Source of the DNA: a virus
Length of the DNA stretch: 64,000 bases
Strand: one strand, 5' to 3'
IMG/VR virus record: IMGVR_UViG_3300043570_004127
Coordinates: 64,001-128,000 of that record
Part shown: positions 17,404 through 26,500 of the stretch, piece by piece
Layout of the letters: every line of letters starts with the position of its first letter
Numbering within the stretch: position 1 is the stretch's first letter
The notes under the pieces: model-generated
Database searches by the model: none
What the model was told of the DNA's origin: nothing
What the model saw: only the letters and a program-made list of their open reading frames with translations
Made by a program: the position numbers and the translations under genes

Positions 17404-19472
17404 TTAGGCAATAGTCCCAGCAACTGTTTAAATACTTTGGACGAGGATGTTAGCTGTTGAATTCTGTTCAAATATATTGCCTGGGTAATCTTTAGGTGAA
17501 CCTTTTCCGCTTCCGACAACTTTCCATCTTTTGAAAGGTAGTCAGTAAACTTGCCGAAATCAAAATTGTTAGCGTCATCTATGAGTTTCTCGAATAACTC
17601 CATTGCTCTTTTTTTCTGCTTTTCTTGAAGTCCAAGAAAGTAATTTGTGTAAGTCGCGCGTTGTTTTTTATTGAAAAATTCGTTAAGTGACATCTGCCTT
17701 CTTTGGCGCAATTCTGTGGTTGAAAGACCAGAGAATCCGGATGATGGATTTACCGAAGCTATTGCTCTGATTTGTCCGTCAATCCGCACCGGAGCAATAT
17801 TTGAAGGGTTTCTATCTCGCGTATCCGTGAGGAAGTCCGATATTGCAATTCCTAGAATGTCTTCAGGGGGCATCATGTCTGCGGGTGTTTTTCTGATTTG
17901 TCGAGCAGTGCTGTCAACATCCTGCGCTTCAGCGAGCATATAGCTCCTTCTCTTTCCGCTTCCGGTAAGCCGAACCTTTGGAGCATTTAGACCCAATGAG
18001 CGCTGAACCTCTGATGCCAGTGCGGCGCCTAAGTGTTCAAAATCTTTTGTTGGTTGCACTTCAAAAACTGTTTGACCGTCTGCTCGTTCGTGAATTATTA
18101 CTCCGTTTTTTATCTTTCCGGTCTTGTACATGGAGCTACGTTTTACGGCTTCTGCACGAATTGTTGCTGACAGGTTCTCTATCGAACCACCTGCGTTTAA
18201 GTGTCTAACAGCTGATGCAAGGTCGTCAATTTTTTCGGAATCCGGAAGTGGTTCTAGCTGTCCATCTGATGCTGATGAGCGGACTTTTGGTCCTTTCTTC
18301 TTAGCAAATATTTCATACTGCCATCTGCGCATTTGACGCTTTGCAGATTCTCCTGGCAGTTTTGCCATAATCATTTCGTTTGGATTATTGATACCCCTGA
18401 ACTTCTCTTCATAGGAAATTCCATCGCCCATTTCCGAGGCAATAAACTCAAGCGCTGCGGTTGGGTTTTCGGCCGTGCTCATTTTTTGAGCTTGGCTAAT
18501 CGTCTTGCCCAGTTTTCTGCGCTCTCCAACTGTTAGCGGGCGTGCTTTTGAGAGGCTCAATGTTGAGCCGCCTGGAAGAACGTAGTAAACACTGTCGACT
18601 CCGGTGTTCGACAATAATCCCATCTCATCTTGACCGATAATGTTTGGTGTAAGTGCGGTTGTAATAAACGAGGCACCTTCCATGTCTCTGTTGTCTGGCA
18701 CTGTTCTTAAGACTGCTGGAGAAACAACTGGCTGAAGAATAAATCCATCACGACGAACAAGACGCATGTACGGTTCGGTGACATTGGATAATTTTTCTAC
18801 GATGTTTGATACTTCCCTAACCTTCAAAGCTCTATTAGCCGTTGAGACTTTTGGTATCTGTGGAGCTCTTGATTGTAGAACCTCTCCTGACACAGAAAGA
18901 GAAGCAACTCCGCGCGAACTGCTTGCTTGTCCACGACCGGAGACGGCGTCTCGCAGCGCTCTTCCAATTGCTCTTCCGATTGCGCCAGGAAGGTCAAATA
19001 GTTGTTTTCCACACGTTGAGCGTCTCTCATCGGTAAACCGTCCACCAAACTGATAACCCTCAGGACACCTAAATCCACGGGTTGGTTTGGTCGCCCTAAG
19101 CGGGTTAAGGCTTGGAAGTCGTAGATTTGGGCCGCCACCTGGTGTTAGTAGCGATGCGGCTATTGAGCGTTTTGGCGAACGAAGCATTGTTAGATTGCCT
19201 GGAGTAACTGCGCTACCTAGGCCCTGTGCTGCCTGAAGAAGTCTGCTATCCGAAGAAACTTGACCGACCTTTACTTCGTATCCACGCTTGCCTTCTTTTC
19301 TTTGCATCTTGCATTTAAAGTTGACTGCAGCATTTTTGGTGTCAGCAAAAGAAATTGGGCTCAGGAATATATTCGGTCTTGTTATTGCTAGTTCTGGCGA
19401 TAAGTAACGAACCCTGTAAATCGGGTTTTCGGATTTTTCTCCGCAACAATCAGAAATCAAATAAGTTTGCAT
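17400..19472 (-). CDS. 690-aa protein with RCP motif and a C-terminal HipA/PI3-4-kinase-like fold (probably degenerate)
   Basis: ALASEVQRSLGLNAPKVRL...ISDFLTDTRDRNPSNI matches the HipA-like D-x-H-x-x-N loop region. Overlaps both neighbours. Confidence 0.6.
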   Translation of the reverse strand: MQTYLISDCCGEKSENPIYRVRYLSPELAITRPNIFLSPISFADTKNAAVNFKCKMQRKEGKRGYEVKVGQVSSDSRLLQAAQGLGSAVTPGNLTMLRSPKRSIAASLLTPGGGPNLRLPSLNPLRATKPTRGFRCPEGYQFGGRFTDERRSTCGKQLFDLPGAIGRAIGRALRDAVSGRGQASSSRGVASLSVSGEVLQSRAPQIPKVSTANRALKVREVSNIVEKLSNVTEPYMRLVRRDGFILQPVVSPAVLRTVPDNRDMEGASFITTALTPNIIGQDEMGLLSNTGVDSVYYVLPGGSTLSLSKARPLTVGERRKLGKTISQAQKMSTAENPTAALEFIASEMGDGISYEEKFRGINNPNEMIMAKLPGESAKRQMRRWQYEIFAKKKGPKVRSSASDGQLEPLPDSEKIDDLASAVRHLNAGGSIENLSATIRAEAVKRSSMYKTGKIKNGVIIHERADGQTVFEVQPTKDFEHLGAALASEVQRSLGLNAPKVRLTGSGKRRSYMLAEAQDVDSTARQIRKTPADMMPPEDILGIAISDFLTDTRDRNPSNIAPVRIDGQIRAIASVNPSSGFSGLSTTELRQRRQMSLNEFFNKKQRATYTNYFLGLQEKQKKRAMELFEKLIDDANNFDFGKFTDYLSKDGKLSEAEKVHLKITQAIYLNRIQQLTSSSKVFKQLLGLLPK

Positions 19473-20136
19473 CTAGCGCCTCTGCTCTTGGTTTATTAAC
19501 TTCATAACCATGTTCGTGCTCCCAGTTTCCATCATCACGCAAATAGTTGCAAAAATCAGGTTCCATATCTATGAAATCCTGGATAACTGTTATGGCATGA
19601 TTCCAATCTGCCTCAGTTATTACCGGAGAGAATGGAGATTCGGTTCCTCTTACGCCCGCAAAAGCGAGCGACTTTCCACCAGAACGAGAAGTTAGCTTTC
19701 TTAATCTATTATCAAATTCATCGTCTGACCAGAGCGAACCGGCAGTAACTTTCTTTAATTTTTTTTTGCAATTTTTCATTCCCGGATGATGGCATCCCTC
19801 GTTGGGCCACAAACCAGTTGTTTCATGGTGCAGCCAAGCACAAATTCTTTCAAGTGGATAGAGCTCTGGGTGGTCTGCAAGAATAACTCTGCATCTACGG
19901 AATCCACCTTCACGCTTCATGATTGGTCTCCAGTAGCGAAGCAATCTCTCTAAGTTTCCACGTCGTGGTCCGCGCCCCTGGAGAACATCGCCACTGATAT
20001 TTTCCTGGGGTATTACTGCACCTGCTGGTCCGCCAGCTTTTTCATCAATTGCTTGCTCCCCAGCCTTTTCGATTACTATTTTACTAGTGAGTATTTGCTC
20101 GAATATGTCCACTGCCGCTCCGATTTTTGGTGACAC
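19450..20136 (-). CDS. Head-associated hypothetical protein (228 aa)
   Basis: GGFRRCRVIL...ICAWLHHETTGLWP resembles a Cys/His motif seen in actinophage head-module proteins. TACAAT lies upstream on the minus strand. Confidence 0.6.
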   Translation of the reverse strand: MSPKIGAAVDIFEQILTSKIVIEKAGEQAIDEKAGGPAGAVIPQENISGDVLQGRGPRRGNLERLLRYWRPIMKREGGFRRCRVILADHPELYPLERICAWLHHETTGLWPNEGCHHPGMKNCKKKLKKVTAGSLWSDDEFDNRLRKLTSRSGGKSLAFAGVRGTESPFSPVITEADWNHAITVIQDFIDMEPDFCNYLRDDGNWEHEHGYEVNKPRAEALDANLFDF

Positions 20137-20187
20137 CCAATTTCCCCTGGTTTAATTGTACGCACAAAACCAGCGCGATAAATAATG

Positions 20188-20538
20188 TCAAGACTTAATA
20201 TGTTTATTGAAATATGTTTGCTTTGACGCTTTCTCCAGCGAACTCATGGATATTCGTACTTTTTCGTTATATGGGTTTGTCTCGGTTCGTCTTGGTATCA
20301 GTTTTATGAACTCTGACTGCCACTTTTGGTCCTCGAAGTCCATCGACCAAAGAAACTTCTGATAGTCGTTGTCTTTCAATGGGACCACTTCTGGATTGGT
20401 CGCGATAAAGGACATAAACGAAACTGGTGCCTGACTCTTGCCATCGGAATAAATACCGTCAAACTTGTCCGCCCCAGAGACGAAGTAGAGCTTGCCAGAG
20501 TCACCTACGTTTGCCACTAAGTGTTTTTCAATTGCCAT
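20188..20538 (-). CDS. Hypothetical protein (116 aa)
   Basis: Minus-strand ORF with GAGG upstream, directly after the 2470-aa gene. Confidence 0.7.
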   Translation of the reverse strand: MAIEKHLVANVGDSGKLYFVSGADKFDGIYSDGKSQAPVSFMSFIATNPEVVPLKDNDYQKFLWSMDFEDQKWQSEFIKLIPRRTETNPYNEKVRISMSSLEKASKQTYFNKHIKS

Positions 20539-20548
20539 AAAACGACCT

Positions 20549-23500
20549 CTATTTATCTTTCATCGTTGAGAGAATCGCATAGAGCTTGACCATTGGAGGT
20601 ATTTCATCAAGACTAACAGATTCCTGTTTTGCAGATTTAATTGACGAGCCAAGTCTCCCAAATATCGGTTTTACAATCTTGGAGGCAACATCTCTGATTT
20701 TTTCTGTCTCCTCAAAGTCGTACAGCCCACCATCAGCACCAGCTCTAAATTGTGGAACGATATCAAGGTCTTTATTCTGTCCGAAAAGCCACCATGCGCT
20801 AAATGCTTCAGCAAATTTTTCAGCGTTATTCGTAGCGCCGTACTTCGTTACCGATGATAGCTGACCAAAATCCTTTTCTAGCGATGTACTCCAACTAGAA
20901 GCATTATTTGACTTTCTTGATGCTAATGTATCGAGCACATGACCCATTTCGTGCACCATTACACCGTAAGCAAGACGTTTCGCCATCTCTTCTTTTTTTG
21001 CTTTGATTTTTAATTCATTTTCTGGCGTACGAGTTATTTTGTTGTTGTTTTCAAATTGCAAGAAGATGTCATGAACGCCATGGTATTTTTTCCCAATTTG
21101 TGCTTTTAGATTTGATAATGCCTGTCCGCGCAATTTTGTATCCATTACAAATGTATCTGCTATTTCATCAGACGCATTGGAAATTCGCCCAACCGGTATT
21201 TCCATTTCAATTATTCCAGCATCATCGTCCATGGAGACAAAACCAAGGAGCCCTTCTTCATCGTTTGTGGTTAAGTCTCTTTTGACTCTAAAACGCATAT
21301 CAGAAGCAGCTCTTCCGCCAAATAAATCTTCTGCATCAAAATTTGACAAAATGTCATCTAGGGCTTGAAGCGATGCAAAATGCGCCGTTTTGTAGGAATC
21401 GCCCTCATCGAATATGTCGTCAATTTCCATTTCTAAATCGTATTTTTTTTTAAAATATTTGGTCTGCTCTGCGGCTGTTCTGCCAAATTTTGCTTCATGC
21501 TCCTTTGTAGATGCGACCTTAACCACACCAGACTTGTCGCGGCCATAAGGGAGTGTCTTGGGTCCTTTTTCAACTACCTCATCAAGCGTTCTACCTACCG
21601 ACATTTCTCCCGTTAGCGAGCTCTCAACCACGGTATTGGGTTTTTTTTTAGTGCTCTGCGAAAGACTCATCGCGCCAGTTATTCCTGAGGCGATGTTGTC
21701 TTTATCCCCACCACCCTTTGCTTCACGCATGTCACTGATTATGTCTTCCATCTGCTTTTCAATTTTGTTTCTTATTGCTTCTTTTGCAGTGGTTTTTTTA
21801 GATGCTTTTTTATCGAAGGCTTTAGGGTCGAAAACGTTAAGTCCATATTTGTTAGTTATTGAAAGCTTTATGCCTTTTTTGTCCATTGACTTTCGCATGG
21901 CTTCTGCGGCTTCTAGTCTGAGGTATTTATCAACGTCCTGCTTCAGGTCGAACTCGGCTGCTCCAAAGCGGTTCATGCCTTTTTGAATTTTGTCAGGTAT
22001 CACAAAGTCCCTTGGTGAGGAGGAAAGCATGTCTCTAATGATTTTTCGTTCTTCTTCGGTTGGATTGATTCTGTCCATTGCGGCATCGGAGATAATCTTT
22101 TCCTTAAGACCATTTAGGAAAGATTCGCTTTCCTTGATGTATGCGTCTTTGCCCATTGCCGAATTTGTTGCTGGAGAATCAGGGTGACCGTCAATGAAGT
22201 TTTTTGGAATCGAATCGAATGGTATTTTTATTTCGTCAATATCGTCGGAGTTAAATCCCCCAGCAATAAACGCCTCACGTGGCTCCCACGAGCGACCTGG
22301 GCTTGTCGCGTACTTTTCTTTTCTATATGCGTCGTGGTTATTTTTAAAGCTATTGTATAGGTGCTCAATTATGTTTTCTGCACGGTTGTCAGTCTTGAAA
22401 GCAGCATCAACATGAGCCCTAGCAATCACTTCATTGTCTGAGCTGTTCATGCCGACTGGCTCAATATGGTTATTGAACAACTCGCCGTTTCCGTACGCTG
22501 TTCTGTCAGCAACACCAGGGTTTAGAATAACTTCAGCGTTTCCAAAATTCCAGTCATTACCCCTAGTTCGCTTGGAGTGGGGAAAATCTACAAGGTTGGG
22601 GGAGTATCTTTCCGGATTCTCTTTACCACTGTTTTTGAGGAATTTATTAATGTCGCTCTGTTCTCTTTGAAGTTCATCCATGTGTAGAACAAAACCCGAT
22701 GCCGGACGTAACTCAACTGGGGTGTCTGGGTGTATGCCAATATCGGCTTCGTATTTTGCAAGTATCTTGTCGAGACCTACAATCTCGTTTCTTTGATGGC
22801 TGTTCTTGAACCCGTTTTCAATAAGGTCTTTCAAGAATCTTCCAGGAACGTGCGTGCGAGGCTGTTTATCTAAACCCTCGTGGAAGTCAAGAATTGAAAA
22901 CTCCAGTTCCTTCTTTAGCTCTTCGATTGGTGTTTCGTTTAGGTATCTGTGGAAATCTGGGTTAAGGCCATTGAGAGCATTCTTAACATCAAATATGTTC
23001 TTCTTCCAGTCGTCGTCATTTGGGCCGTCTGGTGGAGGGGAGCCAGGTGGGGCAGCGGCAGCAGCCTGTGGTCCCTCTGAATTCGGAATGAAGTCAGTCT
23101 TAATCACGTCCTTCAACGCAGTAAGAACATTAATTCGTTCTTTGTTTCTGGCTTCCTTTGTCTCACTGATTAGCGTTGGTCCGAGCATCGTGTCGGCAGG
23201 GTTCAAATCTTTTATATAGCGCACACTTGTGTCTCCGCCAAAGTTTCCGCCAGGCCCATTGATTGAGCGCTTGATTTCTGCGGTCTTCCGATTTGATTTT
23301 CTAGTTGAAGATATTTTCATCGATGTTCGCATCGCGCCAGTTACACCGCTGCTACTTGATGATTGATAAAGAGGAGCGGATAGAACCTTTTCTGGACTTG
23401 GGTCTATGCCTTCTTTTTTCAGCTTGACCGCTCTTGCCATAAGCGCATGTGCTGCTAGGTTGTAGTTTTCGGGTTGACGAGCACTGCGAAGTCGTGACGA

Positions 23501-26500
23501 AACACCGAATATTGGCTTATTAACCCCGACTAATTGTCTTTCATCTGATGGCCCTAGATTGCTGACAATAGTGTCTTCGGTGTCTCCCACGACAAGATAG
23601 GCCGAACCACGAAGGTTATCTTCCCATCTTATGTACGAATCTTGGTCTTTGACATCTATTGCAAAGGGGCCAGCTCCCCGTGCGGTATTTTGTGCTTCCG
23701 TGTAATACTTCGCTACGTCCTCTGGGATATCTGCAGCGGCATTTCTACCGTAGTATCCATCTGTAGTAACACCGCTTGATGCTGGATATGCGCTCAAAAA
23801 TCCAAAGTCTGGGCTTTCGTTAATTCTCGCTGCGAGTTTGCTGGCTCGAGTTTGTTGTGCCTGAAGTTCCGTGAGCCTTCTGTTCCCATCTTCAATCAAG
23901 GGCCTTATTCCGTCTCGCAGTGGAAGTGCTGTTATATCTAGTTCTTCGCCCTGTTTGGCGCCATACTGGGAGGAAATACCGAGCAGTGAATTGATTGAAT
24001 CTGCTTCTTCCCTGTTTTGTGGTGTGAACTTTGTTTGTCCTGCATTCAGGGCAGACATTATTGTTTCATATGTTGCTAATTTTTTTGCATCTTGTCGGAA
24101 TTTTTCATTAAAATTACCAATTTGCATTCTGTTTAGGGCGCCAGTATCGCCAGGTGAACCAGCTCCCATCCCAGCAGTAGATGTTCGTGAAGGATTAAGA
24201 ACTCCGCCATCCAGTTGCGCCTTGCCTACGTGAATCACAGCTTCTTGATTACCGTCGAGTTTGAACGCTTCAATATCGCCATCGTTTCTTCGTTTTTGGA
24301 GTTCTTTACCCTCCTCGACGAGTCTTCTGTATTCTTCCTCAGGCACGTCTTCTATGTCGAGAATTCCTTGCTCTACTCTTTCCTTCTTGGTGCGCGCTAA
24401 GAATTCCTGAAGAACGACTTCTTTTTTAGAATCAGAAATTTTCTTTTCTAATTCTTGTTTGAACTTGGCGAGCCCCTCTTTCTCAACTTCTTCTTTTGTT
24501 AGGTTGCGTGGAGTTACGTCAGCGTCAAATCCGTCTAGGGATGTCTTGTCTTTACCGCGAGATAGGACAACTCCAAACTCCCCACCTCTCCACTCACCAG
24601 TCGCCTCAAGTGCAGCCATGGCTTTCTCTAAACTATCGACCCTATTCCTGGCTTTTTCGCTTCGTTTATCTTGCTTATCAGTTGATTCGGAAACTATATT
24701 TCTAAAGTTTTGAGGAGCCAGGGAAACATCCATCGAGCCAGTTACGCCGCCATTCCGCTCAAGTACTTGCTGTTCAAAATCAACGATTGCTTTTTCGAAA
24801 TCATTCTGAGCTTCAGTAACTCTTTCCTTTTGCGACTTCATATCGAGGACGGTGGTTGGAAGGTTCTTTTCTATGGCTTTATCAACCAACGCTGCCATTA
24901 CCATTCCTGCCGCCTCAGAGTCTGCGTCGGCAGTGTGATGCTTGGAACCCAAATCAACGCCAAGATATGCCGTAATATCTGCTAGTCCATTTGATGCTTT
25001 TCTTGTTTCTGGAATCACAGTGCCGTCATCCAGTATTTTTTCTTTTACGAGCTTGGATGGGCCTTCTGGGTTTTCAGGTGTCCAGCGTGGCAGTGTGTGC
25101 TCTGATATGTCTTTTGTATCTAGGTAACCAGAAGGCCTCCACTGAATCCCAAGTTTTTCTAGAGTCGCATCAAGTACATCTTTGTCAAACGGTGCATATT
25201 GAACTCCAAATATTGCATTTTCGCCGGCAAAATCCGCAAGCATCTGATGGGCCTTTAGCATGCTTTCCTGGGTGTCCAAATACGCATCGGTCAGTACATT
25301 GCCATCTTTGTCTTTAAGGTATTTCGCAGACCATTCACCTAATGGTTGGTCTGGTTTCATGAATACATTAAGGCGGTCAATTACTTTTCCACCCTTCATT
25401 CGTACGGCACCTATTTGGACCGGAGAACCCTTGCCTATAGTGCGACCGTCGCTGTCGTTTTCTATTCCAGTTGTTTCATAGTCAAAGAAGATTATTTCTG
25501 TTTCGTCATATATTTTTTTAAACTCTTCCCAGGTTTTTGCGCTTCCAAATATTTTTTGAGCATCGCCGAGAAATGAACCATACGTAGGTTCGCGCGGGTA
25601 GCGCGGTTTGTCTTGCTCGACAGACATTGCACCAGTAATCCCACTTCGCAGACGAGCTGCGCTGAGTGGCTGCCATTGCTTTTTAGGTTTTTTGTTTTTA
25701 TTTCTAGCTTTTCTTTCGTCTTGTTTTACCCACCCCTGAACCTGTTGTGCATGCAGGCTGGTTCGGCGCTGGCCACCACCCATGTCCATCGCCCCAGTTA
25801 GATTCCATGTTCCAGGTCGAACACCAAAGGTCCCAGACCCTGAATCGTTGAGTCTTCGTGTCACTTCTGCGGAGGTCATCGGCGTTCCAGGAATTCCTAT
25901 TCTTGCCGTTCGTGAAGGCCCGGTACCTGAAGCCGCGACTGCATCAGAGAATTCTTGAACATAATTGGCGTTTCTCGTACTCTGTCTAACCGGTCCCCTA
26001 CCACCTGGTCTTGGTGACCTGAGATTAAGCGGGTATCTTTGCGGCGAGAGCATTCTGGCCTGGCTGTTAGTTTCGCCATAGAGTCTTCTAGCTGCGTAAT
26101 ACTCTGCTCTTGTCTCAATAGGGTTAGAAGCAGCATATTCCCCACCAGCAAATTGAGCCATAAGCATTAGGTCTTCAGCTGTATCGGTAATGTTGTTTAC
26201 TACCGCTTCAGTAAATGCGTCGTAAAACTCAACGAGGTCTTTTTGTAGGTCTGCAGAGTTAAAGTTTCCGCGTCCTCCCATGTACTGTCTAGTCTTGAGA
26301 TTTTGAGCGGCATCCATTACGAGCTGGATGCTCGGACTATTCATTGGATTCCGCATGTTGGTGAAATCTATTTCCCATCCACCGTTCTCTTTTCCAGGAC
26401 GCCAAGCTGGTGCTCCACCAGTAGTGGCACTGCCGGCAAAGTATGTAGGGTTTGACGGGTATCGAGCCATTCTGTTTACGTCGAATCCAAGAGCCTGCAA

